DNA of 64,000 nt from Betaproteobacteria bacterium CG2_30_68_42. Lineage in GTDB: Bacteria; Pseudomonadota; Gammaproteobacteria; Burkholderiales; Rhodocyclaceae. Location: contig MNXU01000051.1 in NCBI GenBank assembly GCA_001872285.1, positions 107-64,106 on the forward strand, in the 5' to 3' direction. Below, piece by piece: positions 8,922 through 17,031 of this stretch. The position numbers were made by a program, and so were the translations under genes. A model generated the notes under the pieces. The model was given only the letters and a program-made list of their open reading frames with translations, was not told the DNA's origin and searched no databases. Positions within the stretch are counted from its first letter, which is position 1; each line of letters begins with the position of its first letter.

Positions 8922-10196
8922 TCAACCCGACTGCCGGCAGTGCGTCTCGCGCGCGATCGAGATCGCGACGAGCGACACGAGCACCCAGGCGACCATCAGC
9001 GCGAATCCGGCCTGGTAGGCGGCGGCATCGTAGATGCGCACACCGCCCGCCGTGGCTCCGTGCCAGGTGCGGTCGAGCATCCAGCCCACCGCCGGCTGGA
9101 GCACCATCCCGCCGCTCATCGTCCCCATGTTGTTCACACCCGAGGAGGTACCCGCGAGCGCGAGCGGAACGGATTCCTTGGCGAAGGCGAATCCGATGAT
9201 GATGCAGCCCGAGACGAAACCCAGCAGCAGGAGCAGCGGCACGAGGACCGGCAGCGGAGCCGCAGGCACGAGCACGATCGTGCCCCAGCCCAGCGCCGCC
9301 GCGGCTGCGCAGCCGACGTAGAGCGGCTTGCGGGCCCCGATCCGCTCCGACCAGGTTCCGAGCACCGGCCCGCCCACGGCCCATGCGATCAGCATGGCGG
9401 AGGTGAGCGCCGCGGCCTCGCGCGCGCTCAGGCCATGGACCTGGCGCAGATAGGGCACGCCCCACAGGCCGGCGAACGTGAGCATGGCGCCGGCGATGCC
9501 GCCGGACGTGACGAGCAGCAGCCACGAGTTCCGGTAAGAGAGCACCTGCGTCAGGCCGCGCCAGATCGAGGGGCGGGCGCGGTCCTCGTGATGCCCGGCG
9601 AAGTGGCTTGCATAACCGAGCTCGGTCGGGTCGTCACGCACACGCAGCCAGATCGCAGCGCATAGAGCGGCAGTCACCACCGCCGAGGCACCCATCACTG
9701 CACGCCAGCCGAAGGCATCCACCAGCATGCGCAGGGGCACCCCGGCGACCACCCCGCCGATCACCCCGACCAGCAGCGCCATCCCGGAAGCCAGTGTGAA
9801 CTGGCTCGGCGTGAACCAGTGGGTCGCGAGCTTTAGCATCGAGACGAAGGCCACCGCGACCGAGCCGCCGATCAGCAGGCGGCCGGCGTTGGCCCAGGCG
9901 GGATCGGGTGCCGCCGCGAACAGCGCGCTGCCCAGCGCGGCCACTCCCGCGCCCAGGGTCAGCAGCCGGCGCGGACCCCAGCGGTCGGCGATGATCCCGG
10001 TCGGGATCTGCATCGCCACGTAGGAATAGAAGTAGAACGCCGACAGGTTGCCGAGGGCGGCGGCGCCGATCGAGAAGTCGGTCATCAGCTTGTCGGTGAT
10101 GACCGCCGGCGCGACGCGCTGGTAGAAGGCGATCAGGTAGAGCGCTGCGCCAAGGCCCCATACGGACCAGGACAGAACGATCGGCGGCGGCATCAA
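8922..10196 (-). CDS. MFS transporter
   Basis: 424 aa and polytopic. Contains MQIPTGIIADRWGPRRLLTLG (MFS signature loop 2-3). Confidence 0.9.
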   Translation of the reverse strand: MMPPPIVLSWSVWGLGAALYLIAFYQRVAPAVITDKLMTDFSIGAAALGNLSAFYFYSYVAMQIPTGIIADRWGPRRLLTLGAGVAALGSALFAAAPDPAWANAGRLLIGGSVAVAFVSMLKLATHWFTPSQFTLASGMALLVGVIGGVVAGVPLRMLVDAFGWRAVMGASAVVTAALCAAIWLRVRDDPTELGYASHFAGHHEDRARPSIWRGLTQVLSYRNSWLLLVTSGGIAGAMLTFAGLWGVPYLRQVHGLSAREAAALTSAMLIAWAVGGPVLGTWSERIGARKPLYVGCAAAAALGWGTIVLVPAAPLPVLVPLLLLLGFVSGCIIIGFAFAKESVPLALAGTSSGVNNMGTMSGGMVLQPAVGWMLDRTWHGATAGGVRIYDAAAYQAGFALMVAWVLVSLVAISIARETHCRQSG

Positions 10197-10242
10197 TGGC
10201 TTCGCGGCCGTGGCGGGATACGCAACTTGCGAACCGTGACAC

Positions 10243-10269
10243 GAGACCCGGAACCCGGAACCCGCAACG
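10243..10269 (-). repeat. one-armed heptad element (GGGTTCC x2 + GGGTCTC on the minus strand) between rhodanese and the MFS gene
   Basis: The plus strand reads GAGACCC GGAACCC GGAACCC GCAACG. On the minus (mRNA) strand it is CGTTGC-GGGTTCC-GGGTTCC-GGGTCTC...AAGTTGCG, the same heptad + GTTGCG grammar as the bzd intergenic elements. Confidence 0.5.
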
Positions 10270-10275
10270 ACGCAG

Positions 10276-10662
10276 TCAGCACTGCTCCCAGGGCAGCCCC
10301 TCGAAGCGCCAGCCGTTGAGGACGTTGCGGCGGTGGTCGTCGCTCAGGTCGCCTTCGAAGCCGTGCAGCACGTTGTAGACCTTGGTGAAACCGGCCTGCT
10401 CCAGGGCGTGCCCCGCTTCGCGCGAACGGTTGCCGCTGCGGCAGATCAGCACCACCGGCCGATCGACGCTGGTCGCCTTCTTCACATGCGCGATGAAGTC
10501 GGGATTGACGTCCCAGTTCGGACCGTCGTTCCACGGGATCATGATCGCGCCCACGGGATGCCCGACGAACAGGAATTCCATCTCGCTGCGCACGTCGATG
10601 AACACGGCGGTCGGACTCTGGTGCAGGAATTCGGAGGCTTCCTTGGGATTGAGATGCTTCAT
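10276..10662 (-). CDS. rhodanese-like domain protein
   Basis: ATG at 10662-10660 within ORF 10276..10851. MKHLNPKEASEFL...VVLICRSGNRSREAGHALEQAGF carries the active-site loop CRSGNRS. Confidence 0.85.
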   Translation of the reverse strand: MKHLNPKEASEFLHQSPTAVFIDVRSEMEFLFVGHPVGAIMIPWNDGPNWDVNPDFIAHVKKATSVDRPVVLICRSGNRSREAGHALEQAGFTKVYNVLHGFEGDLSDDHRRNVLNGWRFEGLPWEQC

Positions 10663-10794
10663 CGCAACAACCCGTGGTCTCGAAGTCGATCGACATGATA
10701 CACGGCGGACCGCGGGCGGCGGGGGACAGGGGACGGCAAGCGCCCGGGCGACCGCTGCGCGTCGGAGCGCCGGCGCCGGGCCCGCCTCCATGCC

Positions 10795-10869
10795 ATATAG
10801 TGCAGCGGAAGAAATATATTGCGTTCCGTGGAAACAGGGTTTATAGTGCATGCAACGAAATATAGTGCG
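10795..10869 (+). promoter_or_regulatory. candidate bzd promoter/operator region with three (A/T)TATAGTGC repeats and a TGCATGCA palindrome
   Basis: ATATAGTGCA at 10795-10804, TTATAGTGCATGCA at 10841-10854 and ATATAGTGCG at 10860-10869. This is an AT-rich island in a high-GC genome, 113-187 nt upstream of the bzdN ATG. Confidence 0.45.
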
Positions 10870-10981
10870 TGTCCGTGCGTGGAATCGCGCTGCATGGGGT
10901 CGAGCCGGCGCCGGATGCGAGGCTCGTCCCGATGCTCACCCCTTCACCCGTTCCGGCGCGGCCGGTCAAGGAGGCTCACAG

Positions 10982-12121
10982 ATGAATGACGGCTTGTTCG
11001 ATCCGTTCAAGACCTGGTATGAGAAGCGCCACGACTACGCGCGTGACTGGAAGGCGCGCACCGGCGGACAGGTGGTGGCCACGATGTGCACCTATACGCC
11101 GGAGGAGCTGCTGATCGCGGCGGGCATGCTGCCGGTGCGGGTGCTCGGTGCCCACGAGCCGCAGAACGTCACCGAGCCGCATGTGTTCGGGATGTTCTGT
11201 CCGTTCTGCCGCGACTCGCTGGCCCAGGGGCTGCTGAACCGTTTCGATTATGCCGAAGGGGTGACGCTCACCCAGTCGTGCATCCAGTACCGCCAGAGCT
11301 TCGCCTCGTGGCGCATGCATGTTCCCACCGTCAAGTGGGACTACTACGTGCCGATGCCCAACGAGGTGCAGAGCCGCCACGCGCGACTCGCGCACTACGG
11401 CGAGGTCAAGAAGTTCCGCGACTTCCTCGGCAAGCTCACCGGCCAGCCGCTCTCCGAAGAGGCACTCGCCGAGGCGGTGGAGGTCGTGAACGAGAACCGC
11501 CGCCTGCTGCGCCAGTTGTTCGACTACCGCAAGCAGCCCAACCCCAACGTGACCGGCCTCGAGGCGCTCTACGCATCGCTCAGCGCCCAGTTCGTCGACA
11601 AGCGCGAGCACAACGCGCTGCTCCGGAAGGTGCTGGCCGCGCTGCCCTCGCGCCGGCTGGAGCGCCCCGAGGGCGTGCGCGTGATGACGATCGGATCGGA
11701 GAATGACGACTGCGGTTTCATGGCGATGATCGAGTCGGTCGGCGCCACCATCGTCATCGACGACCAGTGCTCGGGGACGCGTTACTTCTGGAACGAGGCG
11801 AAGCCGAACGGCGATCCCATCAAGGCGATCGCCGACCGCTACATCGATCGTCCGGCCTGCCCGACCAAGGACTACCCGGCCCACACCCGCTTCGACCACG
11901 TGCTGGGGCTCGCCAAGGACTACAACGCGCGGGCCGCGATCTTCCTCCAGCAGAAGTTCTGCGATCCGCACGAGGGCGACTACCCGGATCTCAAGCGTCA
12001 CCTCGAGGCCAATGGCATTCCGACGCTGTTCCTCGAGTTCGACATCACCAATCCCCTGGGACCGTTCCGCATCCGGGTCGAGGCATTCCTGGAAACGCTG
12101 AGCGAAGAAGAACTGTTCTGA
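10982..12121 (+). CDS. bzdN: benzoyl-CoA reductase, bzd-type, subunit N (BcrC/BadD-like)
   Basis: SD AGGAGG, then ATG at 10982. 379 aa of the 2-hydroxyacyl-CoA dehydratase/BCR B-C family ([26 protein letters not shown]...[10 protein letters not shown]). First gene of an N-O-P-Q set. Confidence 0.9.
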   Translation: MNDGLFDPFKTWYEKRHDYARDWKARTGGQVVATMCTYTPEELLIAAGMLPVRVLGAHEPQNVTEPHVFGMFCPFCRDSLAQGLLNRFDYAEGVTLTQSCIQYRQSFASWRMHVPTVKWDYYVPMPNEVQSRHARLAHYGEVKKFRDFLGKLTGQPLSEEALAEAVEVVNENRRLLRQLFDYRKQPNPNVTGLEALYASLSAQFVDKREHNALLRKVLAALPSRRLERPEGVRVMTIGSENDDCGFMAMIESVGATIVIDDQCSGTRYFWNEAKPNGDPIKAIADRYIDRPACPTKDYPAHTRFDHVLGLAKDYNARAAIFLQQKFCDPHEGDYPDLKRHLEANGIPTLFLEFDITNPLGPFRIRVEAFLETLSEEELF

Positions 12122-12137
12122 GCGAAGGAGACAAGCG

Positions 12138-13448
12138 ATGAATGCACCGGCGAAATACCCGAGCGAGCCGCTGAAGCTCTGGAAGAAGGCCAAGGAACTG
12201 CGCGAGCAGTATTACCTCAACTACGCCAGGGCGAAGGAAAACGGCGGACTGCGCTGGTCGGGCTCGGCCTGGGCGCTGGATGCGATTCCCGCGGGTCTGG
12301 GCGACGACGTCTATTCGCTCACCGGTGAGCCCTATGCGGCTTCCATCGCGCATGATCGCAAGTTCGCCAAGTCCTGCATGGACGCGGCCGAATCCTACGG
12401 CTTCGCGCGCGACCTGTGCTCCTACATGCGCATCTACTGGGGCGGCCTGCATCTGAACAAGTACCTGTTCGGCGGCGAGTTCCCCAAGCCCGACTTCATC
12501 TTCCAGAGCCAGATCTGCTGCTCGCACTCGAAGTGGTACCAGCATGTGGCCAAGGTCGACAAGGTTCCGGATTTCTATCTCGACGTGGGGGTGGGACCGT
12601 ACAAGGATCTCGACGCCTCGCGCGTCGCCTATGTCACCAACCAGCTTCACGACGCGATCGAGTGGCTGGAGAAGGTCACCGGCAGGAAGTACGACGACGA
12701 GAAGATGATCGCGGCGGTGAAGAACGAGATGCGCTCGACCAGCCGCTGGGCCGACATCTGCGCGCTGAACAAGGCCATCCCCGCGCCGCTCGACGAGAAG
12801 ACGATGTACTCGCTGTACTGTCTCGCCACGCTCCAGAAGTCCGCGAAGTGGTGCGCAGATTTCTACGACGAGCTCTACGACGAGGTGAAGGATCGCGTCG
12901 CGCGCGGCATCGCGGCGGTGGCGAACGAGCGCTGCCGGGTGATCTCGGACACCCAGCCGCCGTGGGGCTTTCTCAAGGTGTTCCGCTACCTCGAGACCTA
13001 CGGCGCGGTATCGGTCGGATCGCTCTACACCTTCGGGCTGGAAGGCATCTGGGAAGACAAGCCGGACGGAAGCTGGGGCGGGCGCACGACGCCGATGGAA
13101 AAGGGCATCGAGATCCGCGACCGCGACACCGCGCTACGCCTGTACGCGGAATGGAACCTCTCCAAGCCGCAGTGGCAGCACTTCTACGATCCGCAGCTCA
13201 AGACCGACATGATGCTGCGCATCGTGAAGGAGTGGAAGTGCGACGGCGTCATGCTGCACCTGAACCGCGGCTGCGAGGGGCTGTCGCTGGGCATCATGGA
13301 GAACCGCCTCGGACTGTCGAAGGCGGGGGTGCCGGTGATGACCTTCGAGGGCAACATGGGGGACGAACGCGAGTTCGACGAGGTGCGCACCCAGGCGCGC
13401 GTTGACGGATTCATGGAACAGCTCGGCCTGCGCAAGCTGGCCGCCTGA
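12138..13448 (+). CDS. bzdO: benzoyl-CoA reductase, bzd-type, subunit O (BcrB/BadE-like)
   Basis: 436 aa. SD GAAGGAGA. Contains ...[14 protein letters not shown]...[17 protein letters not shown]. It is a paralogue of the previous gene, as expected for the BCR catalytic pair. Confidence 0.9.
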   Translation: MNAPAKYPSEPLKLWKKAKELREQYYLNYARAKENGGLRWSGSAWALDAIPAGLGDDVYSLTGEPYAASIAHDRKFAKSCMDAAESYGFARDLCSYMRIYWGGLHLNKYLFGGEFPKPDFIFQSQICCSHSKWYQHVAKVDKVPDFYLDVGVGPYKDLDASRVAYVTNQLHDAIEWLEKVTGRKYDDEKMIAAVKNEMRSTSRWADICALNKAIPAPLDEKTMYSLYCLATLQKSAKWCADFYDELYDEVKDRVARGIAAVANERCRVISDTQPPWGFLKVFRYLETYGAVSVGSLYTFGLEGIWEDKPDGSWGGRTTPMEKGIEIRDRDTALRLYAEWNLSKPQWQHFYDPQLKTDMMLRIVKEWKCDGVMLHLNRGCEGLSLGIMENRLGLSKAGVPVMTFEGNMGDEREFDEVRTQARVDGFMEQLGLRKLAA

Positions 13449-13467
13449 TGCGAAGGAGAATGAAGAG

Positions 13468-14277
13468 ATGATCACTGCCGGAATCGACATGGGTTCGCGC
13501 ACCATCAAGGTGGTGCTGCTCGAGGACCTCAAGGTGGAAGGCGCGCCGCAGCTCAATTACGCGGTGCGCAAGGCGCAGATCATGTTCCCGGGCGAGCTCG
13601 ATCAGGATCAGGCCGCCGAACGGGTCTATGACGACGTGCTGGCCGCGGCCGGCCTCAAGCGCGAGGATGTCGCCGCGGTGTATGCGACCGGGGCGGGCCG
13701 CAAGCAGGTGAAGTTCGCGGCCGATGCGGTGACCGAAATGACCGCGGGCGCGCGCGGTGCGGTGTTCTTCTTTCCGAGCGTGCGCACCGTCGTCGATGTG
13801 GGCGCCGAGGAGGGCCGCGGGATCAAGACCGACGAGGCCGGCAAGCCGACCGACTTCGCCGGCAACGAGAAATGCGCGGCAGGGGCGGGTTCGTTCGCCG
13901 AGGCGATGTCGCGCGCCCTGCAGCTCTCGCTGCAGGACTTCGGCGAGGCGAGCCTGAAGTCGGACAAGACCATTCCGATGAACGCGCAATGCACGGTGTT
14001 CGCCGAGTCCGAGGTGGTCTCGCTGATCCACGCCTCGACGCCGAAGGAGGACATCGCGAAGGCGGTGCTCGACGCGGTGGCGAGCCGGGTGTGCGCGATG
14101 GTGCGCCGGGTCGGCATCGAGAACGACGTCGCACTGATCGGGGGCATGGTGCATAACGCCGGCTTCGTCGCCTCGCTCAAGGCGGCGATGGGAGTCGACG
14201 AGCTGAAGCTTCCCGAGATGCCGGAATACGTGAGCGCGGTGGGCTGCGCGCTGCTCGCGGCCGAGACCCGCCACTGA
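13468..14277 (+). CDS. bzdP: benzoyl-CoA reductase, bzd-type, subunit P (BcrD/BadG-like ATPase)
   Basis: SD AAGGAGAA, then ATG at 13468. MITAGIDMGSRTIKVV...NEKCAAGAGSF...LIGGMVHNAGF places it in the BcrAD/BadFG/HgdC ATPase family. Confidence 0.85.
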   Translation: MITAGIDMGSRTIKVVLLEDLKVEGAPQLNYAVRKAQIMFPGELDQDQAAERVYDDVLAAAGLKREDVAAVYATGAGRKQVKFAADAVTEMTAGARGAVFFFPSVRTVVDVGAEEGRGIKTDEAGKPTDFAGNEKCAAGAGSFAEAMSRALQLSLQDFGEASLKSDKTIPMNAQCTVFAESEVVSLIHASTPKEDIAKAVLDAVASRVCAMVRRVGIENDVALIGGMVHNAGFVASLKAAMGVDELKLPEMPEYVSAVGCALLAAETRH

Positions 14278-14302
14278 ACCGATCAACGAGAGGACCACGA
14301 TC

Positions 14303-15232
14303 ATGACCGAGCTTTCCGCATTCAACGCCCCTTCGTCGGGCGAGAAAAAGGAGTTCTGGCGCTGGGACGAAACCGCCTGGGTGGATGAATCCAGGGACTG
14401 GCGCAGCGCCAAGGTGCTGACCTGCGGCATCGACGTCGGATCGGTGTCCTCGCAGTGCGTGATCTGCGCCGACGGCGAGCTGTATGCCTACAACTCGATG
14501 CGCACCGGCAGCAACAGCCCGGACTCGGCGACGAACGCCTTCGCCGGCGTCACCGCCAGGACCGGCCTCACCGTCCCTGACGTGCAGTTCGTCGTCGGCA
14601 CCGGCTACGGGCGGGTGAACGTGCCGTTCTCCCACAAGGCCATCACCGAGATCGCCTGCCACGCGCGCGGCGCCAACAAGATGGGCGGCAACAGCGTGCG
14701 CACCATCCTCGACATGGGCGGCCAGGACTGCAAGGCCATCCACTGCGACGAGAAGGGCAAGGTCACCAACTTCCTGATGAACGACAAGTGCGCGGCGGGC
14801 ACCGGCCGCGGCATGGAGGTGATCTCGGACCTGATGCAGATCCCGATCGCCGAGCTGGGGCAGCGCTCGTTCGAGGTCGATGTGGAGCCGGAGGCGGTGA
14901 GCTCGGTGTGCGTGGTGTTCGCCAAGTCGGAGGCCCTGGCGATGCTCAAGGCCGGCTACACGAAGAACAAGGTGGTCGCCGCCTACTGCCAGGCGATGGC
15001 CGAACGGGTGGTGTCGCTGCTCGGTCGCATCGGCGTCGAGGAGGGCTTCTTCATCACCGGCGGCATCGCCAAGAATCCCGGCGTGGTCAAGCGCATCGAG
15101 CGCCTGCTCGGCATCAAGGCGATGGAGACGAAGATCGACAGCCAGATCGCCGGGGCGTACGGCGCCGCGCTGTTTGCCCACACCCTGGTCCTCAAGCAGG
15201 GTGCCGCCAAGCCGCTCGCGGCCGCGGCCTGA
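14303..15232 (+). CDS. bzdQ: benzoyl-CoA reductase, bzd-type, subunit Q (BcrA/BadF-like ATPase)
   Basis: 309 aa. CGIDVGSVSSQCV...DMGGQDCKAI...NDKCAAGTGRGMEV...ITGGIAKNPGV. Second ATPase of the pair. Confidence 0.85.
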   Translation: MTELSAFNAPSSGEKKEFWRWDETAWVDESRDWRSAKVLTCGIDVGSVSSQCVICADGELYAYNSMRTGSNSPDSATNAFAGVTARTGLTVPDVQFVVGTGYGRVNVPFSHKAITEIACHARGANKMGGNSVRTILDMGGQDCKAIHCDEKGKVTNFLMNDKCAAGTGRGMEVISDLMQIPIAELGQRSFEVDVEPEAVSSVCVVFAKSEALAMLKAGYTKNKVVAAYCQAMAERVVSLLGRIGVEEGFFITGGIAKNPGVVKRIERLLGIKAMETKIDSQIAGAYGAALFAHTLVLKQGAAKPLAAAA

Positions 15233-15242
15233 GGACGAGGCG

Positions 15243-15527
15243 ATGATCGCCAACTACGGCTACAAGGACGGCTCCGGCGAGTATTACATCAGCATCGACA
15301 CGGACAAGTGCATCGAATGCCCAGTGGGCCGGGCCTGCCTCGCCGCCTGCCCCAAGGCGATGTTCGAGACCCTGGTCGATGACTACGACGACGAGGTGGT
15401 CTGCATCAAGGCGCAGTTCAGGAAGAGCCTGGCGTACGACTGCGTGCAGTGCAAGCCTGCAGGAGGCCACACGCGGCTGCCGTGCACGGATGCGTGTGCG
15501 CCGGGGGCGATCCGGCATTCGTGGTGA
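15243..15527 (+). CDS. bzdM: ferredoxin (position of bzdM)
   Basis: ATG at 15243. 94 aa with two Cys clusters, CIECPVGRACLAACP and CVQCKP...CTDACAPGAI. Starts 10 nt after bzdQ. Confidence 0.75.
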   Translation: MIANYGYKDGSGEYYISIDTDKCIECPVGRACLAACPKAMFETLVDDYDDEVVCIKAQFRKSLAYDCVQCKPAGGHTRLPCTDACAPGAIRHSW

Positions 15528-15544
15528 GCGCGGGAGCGGCGATC

Positions 15545-15823
15545 ATGGCCAGGGTGATACCGCTGCGGCCGCTGGGCGATGCGGGCGAGGAGGAGCTGAT
15601 CCGGGCCGGGTGGCGCAAGCAGAGCACGCTCTCGGAGCCGCGGCTCTCGGAAGTGGCCGAAGGCTACCGCAGCATGGGCTACGAGGTCCATCTCCAGCCG
15701 TATCGCGCGGGGCCCGGCTGCAACACCTGCTTCGATGCCGGCGAGGCGCTCGGCCAGAAGCATGCGACGGTGTGGATCCGCGGCGGGGGATCCGCGCGCG
15801 GCGACGACGAACTGTTCGACTGA
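15545..15823 (+). CDS. small hypothetical protein (position of bzdS)
   Basis: ATG at 15545 inside ORF 15449..15823. 92 aa, MARVIPLRPLGDAGEEELIRAGWRKQS...GCNTCFDAGEALG. Supported only by its operon position and tight spacing. Confidence 0.5.
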   Translation: MARVIPLRPLGDAGEEELIRAGWRKQSTLSEPRLSEVAEGYRSMGYEVHLQPYRAGPGCNTCFDAGEALGQKHATVWIRGGGSARGDDELFD

Positions 15824-15852
15824 CGGGCGCGGCCCGCGAAGAGGAGACGATC

Positions 15853-16302
15853 ATGGCTGAAGAACGGGTGATGCGGCTGATCCGGCGCGAGGATCTGGAT
15901 GCCATCGTGGCGATCGACGAACTGGCCTCGAAGCAGAACCGGCGCGACTACTACGAGCACAAGCTCGCCGGCATCCTGAGTCCGGGGCGCTCGATCAACA
16001 CCTCGCTCGTGTGCGAGATCGGCGGCAGGATCGCCGGCTTCATCATGGGCGACGTGTATTTCGGCGAGTTCGGCATCCCCGACACCACCGCGACCATCGA
16101 CACCATCGGCGTGCATCCGGACTGGCAGAACAAGGGCGTGGCGAGCGAGCTGCTCGACCAGTTCTTCATGAACATGAAGGTGGCCGGCGTGCGCAAGGTC
16201 TACACGCTGGTCAATTGGGACGACTTCGCGCTGGAGCGCTTCTTCTCCCACCACAAGTTCGTGCCCTCGAAGCGCATCAACCTCGAATATCAAGTTCAAT
16301 GA
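15853..16302 (+). CDS. GNAT-family N-acetyltransferase (position of bzdT)
   Basis: SD GAGGAGA, then ATG at 15853. 149 aa. IGVHPDWQNKGVASELL is the acetyl-CoA binding Q/R-x-x-G-x-A motif. Confidence 0.85.
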   Translation: MAEERVMRLIRREDLDAIVAIDELASKQNRRDYYEHKLAGILSPGRSINTSLVCEIGGRIAGFIMGDVYFGEFGIPDTTATIDTIGVHPDWQNKGVASELLDQFFMNMKVAGVRKVYTLVNWDDFALERFFSHHKFVPSKRINLEYQVQ

Positions 16303-16305
16303 AAC

Positions 16306-16380
16306 GGTTTCAGGTTTCACGTTGCGCGTCGCGGCGAGCGCTGCCAACGTCGCAAACCACTGGAACCTGAAACCTGAAAT
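16306..16380 (+). repeat. heptad-repeat hairpin element A (GGTTTCA x2 ... TGGAACC TGAAACC TGAAAT)
   Basis: Fills the 81-nt GNAT-PHP spacer. A 14-bp stem pairs 16306-16319 with 16361-16374, including one G-U pair. The inner GTTGCG/CGCAAAC pair flanks a GC-rich core. Confidence 0.8.
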
Positions 16381-16383
16381 GCA

Positions 16384-17031
16384 ATGTGGATCGACTGCCA
16401 TTGCCACACGCGGTACTCCTACGACAACTGGCTCGATCCCGTGGACCTGGTGAAGAGGGCGAGGGAGCTCGCGCTCGATGCGGTGTGCGTGACCGAACAC
16501 TACTCGTATGAAGCCTCGGCACCGGTCGAGCGCATCGGGCGCGAGGAGGGCGTGCTGGTGCTGCGCGGGGTGGAGATCGCGACCGACCGCGGCCACCTGC
16601 TCGCCTACGGCGTCGAGGACGACTCCTGGAACCGCTGGGGCCAGGACAACTACCTGCCGATCGCCGAAGTGATCGAGCGCATCGATGTGCTGGGCGGCAT
16701 CTGCGTGCCCGCACACCCGTATCGGGAGATCGGGGTCGCGAGCCTGCTCGATGCGCTGCTGGAACTCCAGGGCATCGCGGCGGTGGAGACCCACAACGGC
16801 GCCAACCTGGAATCCGACAACGAACTGGCGCTGCGTGCGGCCCGGCACCGCAAGTTGCCCGGGCTCGGCGGCAGCGACTGCCACAAGGCGTCCGCCGTCG
16901 GGCGCTGCGCGACCGAGTTCTCGACGCCGGTCGCCGACATGCGGGATTTCGTTGCGGCGGTGCGCGCGGGTGCCTGCCGTGGCGCCTACTATGCGCCGTA
17001 CGCGCATCGGCATGCGGAGAGCGGGAGATGA
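16384..17031 (+). CDS. PHP-domain metal-dependent phosphoesterase (position of bzdU)
   Basis: 215 aa. MWIDCHCHTRYSYD...AVCVTEHYS...GVEI...PAHPY...ETHNG...GGSDCH shows the PHP His/Asp motifs. Confidence 0.85.
   Translation: MWIDCHCHTRYSYDNWLDPVDLVKRARELALDAVCVTEHYSYEASAPVERIGREEGVLVLRGVEIATDRGHLLAYGVEDDSWNRWGQDNYLPIAEVIERIDVLGGICVPAHPYREIGVASLLDALLELQGIAAVETHNGANLESDNELALRAARHRKLPGLGGSDCHKASAVGRCATEFSTPVADMRDFVAAVRAGACRGAYYAPYAHRHAESGR

Noticed and set aside
10663-10981. An FNR/AcpR box in the bzd promoter.
   Set aside because: I scanned the whole spacer and found no TTGAT-N4-ATCAA or near match. Only the TGCA-containing repeats are reported.
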